Made by a program: the position numbers and the translations under genes. Shown here one piece after another: positions 41,401 to 49,074 of a DNA stretch of 64,000 bases (positions within the stretch are counted from its first letter, which is position 1; each line of letters starts with the position of its first letter). Origin of the DNA: Candidatus Sulfotelmatobacter sp. (GTDB lineage Bacteria; Eisenbacteria; RBG-16-71-46); assembly GCA_035498555.1 (NCBI GenBank), contig DATKAB010000161.1, forward strand, positions 2,794-66,793, in the 5' to 3' direction. Under the pieces are notes generated by a model that saw nothing but the letters and a program-made list of their open reading frames with translations, was not told the origin of the DNA and searched no databases.

Positions 41401-41653
41401 ATTGCCTCCGGCCGCGAGTCCTCCGCGCGGCATCGGAATTGCGTGAACGCTGTTCAATCATGGGTGGTGCTCCGAAGATTGCAGCTGGGGGGTGGCTGCG
41501 CTTTAGGCCACAAGGCCGTGCCCGGGTTCTCGGCGGTCGTTGCCGAAACCGACGGAATGGCATGGACTTCCGCTGGCCAACCGCAATCTTCGGAGCAAGA
41601 CCCAATTCATGCGGATGTCCGTTGATTGTAAGCCACTGCCCGCCCACCCACCA

Positions 41654-42499
41654 ATGTTGCGATCGCGACCGGCGAAGCTAGCGCTGATCGCGTTGGGCGG
41701 CCTGTTCCTGCTGGCCGCATGTCCCACCTTTGCCGACGAGGATTCGCTCGGCGTCGCTCCCGACACCATCGACGCTCTGCCGAGCGTGGTGCTGACCTCG
41801 CCCGACTCGGGACAGGTCCTTCCGGCGGTGAGCCAGCCGTTCCGAGCCGGGGAATCGCTGCGATTCTCGGTCCAGTACGGCATCATCCACGCCGGATCGG
41901 CGTGGCTGGAGGTCGCGAGCGCGACCATGCCCGACGGGCGGCCGGGATTCCAGCTCACGGCGCGCGCCGAGTCGAACTCGTTCTTCAGTCATTTCTACAA
42001 GGTCCGGAATCGGATCGAGTCGCTGTGGGATCGCGATGGCCGGTTCAGCTGGCGCTACAGCGAAGATCGCCACGAAGGGAAGTACAAGACCAGGACCGAA
42101 ATCCGCTTCGATCCCAACCGGCACGAGGCCATCTACTCCAACGGCGACACGCTGCCGATCCCGCCCAACGTCCAGGACGCGCTCTCGGCGTTCTACTTCA
42201 CGCGTTATCAGCCGCTCCCGCTCGGCGGCAGCGTCGTGTTCGACTATCATGCGAGCCACAAGAGTCAACCGCTCGAAGTCCGCGTCATCGGGCGCGACCG
42301 AGTGGACACGCCGGCCGGCACTTTCGAATGCGTGATGGTCGAACCGCTGCTGCGCGCCGGCGGCATCTTCAAGAACAAGGGCCGCCTCGTGATCTGGCTC
42401 ACCGACGATGAACGCCGCATGCCGGTGCTGATGAAGAGCCGCGTGCTGATGGGCTCGATCAGCGTCGTGCTCCAGGAAATCCGGAACGGATCCGGATGA
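41654..42499 (+). CDS. DUF3108-family secreted protein/lipoprotein
   Basis: Signal peptide MLRSRPAKLALIALGGLFLLAAC; similarity to DUF3108 proteins is from recollection; track ATG 41540 would place the signal peptide 38 aa in. Confidence 0.55.
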   Translation: MLRSRPAKLALIALGGLFLLAACPTFADEDSLGVAPDTIDALPSVVLTSPDSGQVLPAVSQPFRAGESLRFSVQYGIIHAGSAWLEVASATMPDGRPGFQLTARAESNSFFSHFYKVRNRIESLWDRDGRFSWRYSEDRHEGKYKTRTEIRFDPNRHEAIYSNGDTLPIPPNVQDALSAFYFTRYQPLPLGGSVVFDYHASHKSQPLEVRVIGRDRVDTPAGTFECVMVEPLLRAGGIFKNKGRLVIWLTDDERRMPVLMKSRVLMGSISVVLQEIRNGSG

Positions 42500-43452
42500 G
42501 CCGCTATCCGGAGGCCGATCTCTCGCGCCTCAAGGTCGGCTCGGTCCGACAACGGCCGACGCGCGTGAAAGTCGAACAATTCGCGAAGCCGTTGCCGAGC
42601 GGCGCCGCGGCCGCGCTGCTCGCGGCGTTGCCCGATCAGCTGGCGGCGCGCGCCCTGCGCGAGGCGGTTGAACGCATGGTCGCTGCGCATCGCGCCGCCC
42701 GGCCGGTGCTGGCGATGTGCGGTGGGCACGTGGTCAAGGTCGGGGTTTCGCCCTGCCTCATCGAGCTGATGGAGCGCCGCGTGGTCACCCACCTCGCACT
42801 CAACGGCGCCGCGGCGATCCACGATGTGGAGATCGCCCGGGACGGCGCGACCTCGGAGGACGTCGAGGCGCATCTGCACTCCGGCACCTTTGGCATGGTG
42901 GACGAGACCGGCGACTTCATGAATGCCGCGGCGCTCGAAGGGCGCTCGCGCCGGGAGGGCCTCGGCGAATGCTGGGGGCGGGCGCTGGTCGAAGCCTCGG
43001 CACCCCATCTGCGCGCCAGCCTGCTCGGGCGCGCCTGGCAGCTCGGCGTGCCGGTCACCGTCCACGTCGCGATCGGGACCGACACGATTCACCATCACCC
43101 CAGGGCCGACGGCGCGGCGCTCGGGGAAGGTTCGCTTCGCGACTTTCGCATTCTCGCCGCCTCGCTCGCCGAAGCCCGCGGATCGGTGGCGCTCAATATC
43201 GGCTCGGCGGTGATCCTGCCCGAGGTCTATCTCAAGGCTCTGGCGGTGGCTCGCAATCTGGGCGCAGACCTCTCCGGTCTCACCACCGTCAACTTCGACC
43301 AGATCCAGCACTACCGCCCACGCGTCAACGTGGTCGAACGCCCGACCCGGGGCGAGGGGAGCCGGGGGATCGCTCTGACCGGCCATCACGAGATCCTGGT
43401 GCCGCTGTTCTCGGCTGCGGTTCTGGACGCACTGGCGGCCCCGCAGCCTTGA
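42496..43452 (+). CDS. hypothetical protein (weakly deoxyhypusine-synthase-like/Rossmann-like), ATGA-coupled to DUF3108 gene
   Basis: Intact 318-aa ORF with GC3 skew typical of coding; no confident family assignment (motifs LAMCGGHVVKVG, VAIGTDTIHHHP). Confidence 0.45.
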   Translation: MSRYPEADLSRLKVGSVRQRPTRVKVEQFAKPLPSGAAAALLAALPDQLAARALREAVERMVAAHRAARPVLAMCGGHVVKVGVSPCLIELMERRVVTHLALNGAAAIHDVEIARDGATSEDVEAHLHSGTFGMVDETGDFMNAAALEGRSRREGLGECWGRALVEASAPHLRASLLGRAWQLGVPVTVHVAIGTDTIHHHPRADGAALGEGSLRDFRILAASLAEARGSVALNIGSAVILPEVYLKALAVARNLGADLSGLTTVNFDQIQHYRPRVNVVERPTRGEGSRGIALTGHHEILVPLFSAAVLDALAAPQP

Positions 43453-43528
43453 TTTGCCCATCCCAGGGCGCGCCCGGCACATGGCTTGCGAACTCAGGGC
43501 GTGCCGAGCCCCCAACGCCCATCGAGCA

Positions 43529-43558
43529 TTGACAGTCCCGAGAGGCCCGACCTATACT
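43529..43558 (+). promoter_or_regulatory. sigma70-like promoter TTGACA-N18-TATACT followed by about 225-nt leader before the EPS locus
   Basis: ttgacagtcccgagaggcccgacctatact read directly; region is locally AT-richer than the genome. Confidence 0.5.
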
Positions 43559-43788
43559 TCCGCCTGCAATTCCCTCGATTTACGGCAGTTCCCGATTGCG
43601 GTCGGAGGTCTCCCGAGACGCCATTTGCTACTTCCTGGGACGGGTTCTGAGTGATTTGACCCTTCCTCTGGGTGGGTAACACGCCCCCAGGCTTCGCGTC
43701 CGGTGACCGCTTCGACCCGTCCCTCGACAGGGCGGGCTCGGTCGTTCCCTCGCGAAGCACGACGGGCCGCAAGCGTTCGGGAGTCGAC

Positions 43789-44541
43789 TTGATCTCCAGA
43801 TTCATCTCGCGTTCGTTCCTACCGCTGGTGCTCGTCCTCTCCTTGGCGGCGCCCGCGCTTGCGGACCTCGGCTCGGCCGACTCCACTTCGATGGACTGGA
43901 GCCGCGTGCCCGAGTACCGCATCGTTCCCGGCGACCTGCTGCGCTTCAATTTCGGACCGTTGCTGTTCAACTATCAGGATCTCCTTCGCGAGGCCCGGGT
44001 CCGGCCCGACGGGCGCATCTCGGTCTACCCGGTGGGCGAGGTGCTGGCCGCGGGCCGCACCGTGCAGGAGCTGCAGACCGCGGTCCTCAACATGATGGCG
44101 GCCGAGTACAAGAACCCGCGGGTGTCGATCGAGCTGGCCGACGTCGCCGGCAACAAGGTCCATGTGATGGGACAGGTCAAGTCGCCGGGCTCCTATCCGG
44201 TGCAGCCCTTCATGACGGTCAGCCAGGCGATCGCCGCCGCCGGGGGATTCGCGGATGACGCGGCACGCAACAGCATCCTGCTGGTGCATCGCGATGGAGC
44301 GCATACCGTGCTGGTGGCGCGCATCCGCATGGATCGCATCATCCGCCAGGCCGCCTTCGGCGAGGATCTCCAGCTCTCCCGGTTCGACCTCGTGATCGTG
44401 CCGCGCTCGGCGATCGGCAACATCGACATCTTCCTGCGTCAGTTCTTCGGTGACGCTGGCGTCGCGTTCAACACCTCGATCCTGGGCTGGGAACTCTTCC
44501 ACCTCGACCGCGTCTTCTTCATCGGCAATACGAGTCACTGA
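43789..44541 (+). CDS. polysaccharide export protein, Wza/KpsD family (Poly_export + SLBB)
   Basis: TTG start then signal peptide ISRFISRSFLPLVLVLSLAAPALA; Poly_export core YRIVPGDLLRFNF...NKVHVMGQVKSPGSY and SLBB-like C-terminus. Confidence 0.8.
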   Translation: MISRFISRSFLPLVLVLSLAAPALADLGSADSTSMDWSRVPEYRIVPGDLLRFNFGPLLFNYQDLLREARVRPDGRISVYPVGEVLAAGRTVQELQTAVLNMMAAEYKNPRVSIELADVAGNKVHVMGQVKSPGSYPVQPFMTVSQAIAAAGGFADDAARNSILLVHRDGAHTVLVARIRMDRIIRQAAFGEDLQLSRFDLVIVPRSAIGNIDIFLRQFFGDAGVAFNTSILGWELFHLDRVFFIGNTSH

Positions 44542-45953
44542 TGAATGCTCCGATTCAGGAAGCTCCGATCTCCGCCCCGCGGCAATCCACCGCGCGCGAA
44601 TTCGTCGCCATTCTCTTCCGGCGCCGCGCGCTGATTCTCGGGCTGTTCTCGATCACCACCGCGACCGTCCTGGTCTTGGCGCTGACCACGCCCACCGAAT
44701 TCATCTCGGCGGGCCGCGTTCTGGTCAAGCGGGGGGCCAAGGAGAGCCTGCTCTCGCCCTCCACCCGCATGACCGGCGACTGGGAAGAGGACATGGGAAG
44801 CGAGGTCGAGGTGGTGAAGAGCCACCCGGTGCTCCAGCGCGCGACGGAGATTCTCAAGCAGGAGGCTGGGGCGGGCCGGTCGTCGCCAAGAGTGGATCTG
44901 AAGAGTGTCGACGTCGAGGTGACGGGACGCACGAACGTCGTGGCGATCGGCTACGTGGATCGTGATCCGGAGGTGGCACGGCAGGTGTGCAGCGCGGTGG
45001 TGCGTGCCTATGTGGAGTTCCGCGAGGCCGACTATCGACTCGTCTACCCGTCCAACTTCTTCGAAGGCGAGATGAAGCAGGCGCAGAAGGACCTCGACTA
45101 CTGGATCGAAATGCGCCGCAGCTTCTCGAACACCTCGGGAGTCGTAGACCTCGAGCATCAGAAGAGCAGCTATATCGACCAGCAGGGCGTGCTCCGGCAG
45201 CGCAAGGACGAGGTCGAAGCCGATCTCGCCGAAGCCAACATGATGTTGCAGAAGACCACGGAGCTGCGCGACCGCCAGAACATCGACCTTCCCACCTTCA
45301 CCTCGCTGTACAGCAACGAAACGGCGCTCGTGGACATCAAGAAACGCGTGGTGGACCAGGAGTTGGTCGTGGCCAAGCTTCGCGAGACCCTCCGCGACGA
45401 TTCGCCCGAGGTGCTGGCGGCCATGACCACGCTCGACACCCTGCGCACCATGATGCGGCGCGAGGTGGACGCGCGCGTGGCCATGAGCAAGGCGCGAGTG
45501 GACGTGCTGAATGCGCGACTCGCGGTGGTCCAGCGCGACATCAATGAAATTGACCGCATGCTTGCGGAGATGCCCGACAAGGAACGCACCCTTGCCGAGA
45601 TGGATCACAAGATCGACATGCTCAAGGCACGCTACAGCGAGATGTCCACCAACAGCGATGAGGCGCTCATCACCCAGAACACGACGCCATCCAGAAGCGT
45701 CGTCCTGCTCAGCGACGCCGGCCCCGCCACGCCACGGAACGCGCGCGACTACGTGCGCCTCGCGCTGGCGCCCGTGTTCAGCGTCGTCGTCGGAGTCGGA
45801 CTCGCCTTCTTCGTCGACGGCCTCGATCTGACGGTCCGCACCCCGAACCATGCCGAGGAGGCGATCGATCTGCCGGTGCTCGCGACGCTGACCGAACGAA
45901 AGCGCCGGCGCCGCGGCTCTCGCGAACTCACTCTGGAGACGCCCGCCGCATGA
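44541..45953 (+). CDS. polysaccharide co-polymerase / chain-length determinant (Wzz/GumC-like, no kinase domain)
   Basis: N-terminal TM (ALILGLFSITTATVLVLAL), long periplasmic coiled-coil region, C-terminal TM (LALAPVFSVVVGVGLAFFV); ATGA overlap with wza-like. Confidence 0.8.
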   Translation: MNAPIQEAPISAPRQSTAREFVAILFRRRALILGLFSITTATVLVLALTTPTEFISAGRVLVKRGAKESLLSPSTRMTGDWEEDMGSEVEVVKSHPVLQRATEILKQEAGAGRSSPRVDLKSVDVEVTGRTNVVAIGYVDRDPEVARQVCSAVVRAYVEFREADYRLVYPSNFFEGEMKQAQKDLDYWIEMRRSFSNTSGVVDLEHQKSSYIDQQGVLRQRKDEVEADLAEANMMLQKTTELRDRQNIDLPTFTSLYSNETALVDIKKRVVDQELVVAKLRETLRDDSPEVLAAMTTLDTLRTMMRREVDARVAMSKARVDVLNARLAVVQRDINEIDRMLAEMPDKERTLAEMDHKIDMLKARYSEMSTNSDEALITQNTTPSRSVVLLSDAGPATPRNARDYVRLALAPVFSVVVGVGLAFFVDGLDLTVRTPNHAEEAIDLPVLATLTERKRRRRGSRELTLETPAA

Positions 45954-46726
45954 CCCGGATCTTCGACGCCCTCAAGAAGGCTCGCGGCGGAGGCGCCCCG
46001 ACCGAGGTCATGCCGCCGGCCGCGCCCGCACATTCCTCCTCGATCCACGCCGTCATGAATCGCGGTGCGGCCGCCGTCTCGGCGGCACGCCACTCATTCG
46101 ACCGCGCGGACCTGATACCCATCGGACCGGTCGCGCCGATGGACGAGACCGTCGCGCGCGAGATGTCCACGCTCCGCGTCATCCTCGAGAGCTCGCTCAC
46201 CGAGCGCCTTCCCCGCTCGGTCATGCTCACCAGTTCTCAGGCGGGGGAGGGCACGACCACGGTCACGCTTCAGTTCGCACAGACCCTGGTCGCCGAGGCC
46301 GCGCACCGCGTCCTCATCCTCGACGCCAACCCGCGCTTGCGTTCACCCTTCTACGAGGCGGCCATTGACGCGATGCGGGCCGGCGAGGGACGCGGCCGGG
46401 CCGCGATGGACCTCCTCTCGCTCTCGGATTGCGTGCGTCGTTTCGGGCCAATGAATGTGGCCGCGATCCGCGACCTGCTCGAGACCGTGAGCGCCGGCTA
46501 CGACTGGGTACTGGTGGATTCGCCGGCCCTGCTCGAATCGCCGGACACCGCGCCGCTCGCAGCACAGTTCGACGCGGTGGTGGTGGTGGTGCAGGCGGGC
46601 AGGACCAAGCGCCCGGTGCTGGTGCGGGCCACCGATCTGCTTCGCCGCTCCGGCGCCAACGTGGTGGGCACGGTGCTCAATCGCCGGCGTCTGGAGATTC
46701 CGGACTTCATCTACCGCCGGATCTAA
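45950..46726 (+). CDS. BY-kinase/MinD-like P-loop protein with degenerate Walker A (pseudo-kinase candidate)
   Basis: VMLTSSQAGEGTTTV (Lys of GEGKS/T replaced by Thr), A' box VLILDAN (DxD to DxN), Walker B WVLVDSP, no C-terminal Tyr cluster. Confidence 0.7.
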   Translation: MTRIFDALKKARGGGAPTEVMPPAAPAHSSSIHAVMNRGAAAVSAARHSFDRADLIPIGPVAPMDETVAREMSTLRVILESSLTERLPRSVMLTSSQAGEGTTTVTLQFAQTLVAEAAHRVLILDANPRLRSPFYEAAIDAMRAGEGRGRAAMDLLSLSDCVRRFGPMNVAAIRDLLETVSAGYDWVLVDSPALLESPDTAPLAAQFDAVVVVVQAGRTKRPVLVRATDLLRRSGANVVGTVLNRRRLEIPDFIYRRI

Positions 46727-46732
46727 TCGCTC

Positions 46733-47929
46733 ATGCCGACGACCGTCCGCCGGCGAGCGGGGAACTCGGCTGCCCTTTCCGCATCGATGGCAATCGACGG
46801 CCGGCTGGCCGAAGCGCTGGAACATGCCGCGTCCTGGCTTCCGGATTCCTTGGCCATGGTATTGGGCGGGAGCCACGCCTCGGGCGAGGCGGTCTGGATT
46901 CGTACCGTCAGGGGCGAGGTGTGCCTCTCGGACATCGATCTCTACGCGGTGTTCGCCGCCGAGCCGGAGCGGGCCGCCAGCGCCGATCGTGCCGCCTCTG
47001 CGATGCCCGGCTTGGAGCTGCGGCTCGCGCAGCTTGGATTCCTCGGGCCGCTCGAACTCGGGTTGCACACGCGGAGCGAATGGGAACGTCTTCCCGCGCG
47101 GCCCGCGACGCTGGAGCTCAGGCGCCATGGCCGGGTGATCCACGGCGACGAGTCCGCGCGCGAGTGGCTGCCGGACTACCGGCCTGGCGACGTGCCCGCC
47201 GAGGAAATCCTGCTGCTGCTCGAGAATCGGGGGTTCGAGCTGCTCAAGGCGCGTTGGCCGCTGCGCTCCGATGATCCTTTCGCGGCCCTGCGCCGCCGGC
47301 ATTCGGTCTACAAGACGGCGCTCGATCTGGCCGCGGTTGCGGACCTGCGCTCGGGTCGCTGGGAAGACGGCGCCGAGGCGCGCGTGCGAGTCGCCCGGGA
47401 TCTGGCGTCTCGCGCGGTCGAGGAACCGCCGTGGGACTCGGCGCTCGCCTGGCGGCGAGGCGTGGTTCCCGACGACGACGAAGCGGAACGCGACTGGTGG
47501 CGGACCTCGCGAGCCTGGGTTCGGGAATGGCGCTCCACCGCCGTCGGGACGGCGCAGGGGCTCGAGTTCGACGAGATCGCGCTTCGCGCGGCGCGGCGGG
47601 CCCGCTTGCGGCGCCGCCTTCGGCTCGCGCTGCGACCCGGGCCGCGCGCCGGACGCCGAGCCCCGGCGGTGTCCCGCCTGCGCTTTGCGGTTCCGGGCAC
47701 ACCCCAGCATCGGCTGAATGCCTCGGCAGCGGCGCTGCTCGCGGCGCTGGTGGAACTCGATACGTCATCGGCGCGGCGAGCTGAGATCGAACGGCGACTG
47801 GCTCGCGTCCTTGCGCGGCTCGGCGTGGTCCCGGCCGGTCTCGAGGTCGGTCGCGCCGCACGCGGGCTGATCGCCGCCTGGGAGAGCTGGATCCTCGAGG
47901 TTCCGCGCGAAACGGGAGCCGGCTCGTGA
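46733..47929 (+). CDS. Pol-beta-superfamily nucleotidyltransferase-fold protein of unknown function
   Basis: hG[GS] ... [DE]h[DE]h signature: LAMVLGGSHASGEAVW...GEVCLSDIDLYAVF; Arg-rich helical C-terminal domain; 398 aa (start possibly 46787). Confidence 0.6.
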   Translation: MPTTVRRRAGNSAALSASMAIDGRLAEALEHAASWLPDSLAMVLGGSHASGEAVWIRTVRGEVCLSDIDLYAVFAAEPERAASADRAASAMPGLELRLAQLGFLGPLELGLHTRSEWERLPARPATLELRRHGRVIHGDESAREWLPDYRPGDVPAEEILLLLENRGFELLKARWPLRSDDPFAALRRRHSVYKTALDLAAVADLRSGRWEDGAEARVRVARDLASRAVEEPPWDSALAWRRGVVPDDDEAERDWWRTSRAWVREWRSTAVGTAQGLEFDEIALRAARRARLRRRLRLALRPGPRAGRRAPAVSRLRFAVPGTPQHRLNASAAALLAALVELDTSSARRAEIERRLARVLARLGVVPAGLEVGRAARGLIAAWESWILEVPRETGAGS

Positions 47930-49074
47930 AGGGGCGCATGGTGGTGCTGCTGGTGGACGCGCTCGGCTGGCGGCTCGCCAGCGAGAGCCCGGGATTCGCG
48001 ACCGGACTCGTTCATCGCCGGCGCCTCGAGACCATCCTCGGATTTTCCTCGGGGGCGCTCCCCACGCTGTTCACCGGCCGTACTCCCGATCAGCACGGCC
48101 GCTGGCTCATGTACCGGCGGGCGAACGGCTCGACTCCCTTTCGGGGATTCGGCGCGCTGGCTCTGCTGCCCGCGCGGCTGCGCGGCAGCCACCGGCTTGG
48201 AAGCTGGCTCAGGCGCGAGGTCGAGCGGCGCGGGGTGCATGGTTACTTCCACCTTTACGAGGTGCCGCGCGAGCTGCTCGAGCGGTTCGATCTGCCCGAG
48301 CGGGAAGACATCTTCGCTCCCGGTTCGCTGCCGATGGATTCGCTGTGGGACACCCTTGAGCGCCGTCGCATTTCCTGGCGCGGCTGGAATTGGCGCACGT
48401 CCGAAAGTGGCAATCTCGAGGCGCTGGCCGCGCGCGCCGCGATGGGGGACGAGCGGCTGCTGTTCTGCTACACGGCCGACCTCGATGCGCTGCTCCATCG
48501 GGACGGTTCGCGAGCCGGGGCGGTTCGCGAGCGCATGGCGCGTTACGACGGCTGGCTCAGCAGTCTCGCCGAGAAAGCCGAGGCGCGAGGTGAGCGGCTC
48601 TGGCTCTACCTGCTCTCCGACCATGGCATGGTGGACGTGGGGGAGACGCGCGATGTGATGGGGGCGCTGCAAGGCCTCGCGGTCCGATGGCCTGCGGACT
48701 ACCTGGCGTTCTTCGACTCGACCATGGCGCGGTTCTGGTGGCGCTCGCCCGCCGCGCGCGAGCCGGTGGTTCGCGCCCTGAATGCGCTGGGAGGCGGCCG
48801 CTGGCTCACTCGCGAGGAGCGCGCAGCGCAACGCACTCCCCCGGACTTCCGGGCCTGGGGCGAAGACGTGTTCCTGCTCGATCCCGGCGTGCTGATGGTG
48901 CCGTCATTCATGGGGCGCGGGCCACTCGCGGCCATGCACGGCTACGATCCCGCCCATCCCGACATGGCGGCGCTGCTGTGGTCGAACCGGCCGATTCCCG
49001 AATCGGTGCGGCATCTCACCGATGTGCGCGCGTTCCTCGAATCGGAGCTCGAGGCGCTGGAGGCCTCGGCGTGA
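47926..49074 (+). CDS. alkaline-phosphatase-superfamily enzyme (type I phosphodiesterase / nucleotide pyrophosphatase-like), cytoplasmic
   Basis: VVLLVDALGW N-terminal metal-site region, LLSDHGM motif, no TM/signal; ATGA overlap with upstream NTase-fold gene. Confidence 0.65.
   Translation: MKGRMVVLLVDALGWRLASESPGFATGLVHRRRLETILGFSSGALPTLFTGRTPDQHGRWLMYRRANGSTPFRGFGALALLPARLRGSHRLGSWLRREVERRGVHGYFHLYEVPRELLERFDLPEREDIFAPGSLPMDSLWDTLERRRISWRGWNWRTSESGNLEALAARAAMGDERLLFCYTADLDALLHRDGSRAGAVRERMARYDGWLSSLAEKAEARGERLWLYLLSDHGMVDVGETRDVMGALQGLAVRWPADYLAFFDSTMARFWWRSPAAREPVVRALNALGGGRWLTREERAAQRTPPDFRAWGEDVFLLDPGVLMVPSFMGRGPLAAMHGYDPAHPDMAALLWSNRPIPESVRHLTDVRAFLESELEALEASA

Noticed and set aside
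43454-43654. 66-aa ORF in the EPS leader region
   Set aside because: It overlaps the predicted promoter/leader, has no SD or conservation evidence, and has the composition typical of chance ORFs in GC-rich DNA.
46733-47929. Possibility that the NTase-fold protein is a CBASS CD-NTase (defense system)
   Set aside because: There is no adjacent effector (phospholipase, nuclease, TM, SAVED/STING) or Cap2/Cap3. The gene is translationally coupled within a polysaccharide operon. Only the generic Pol-beta signature is present. It is kept as a low-probability alternative in the finding.
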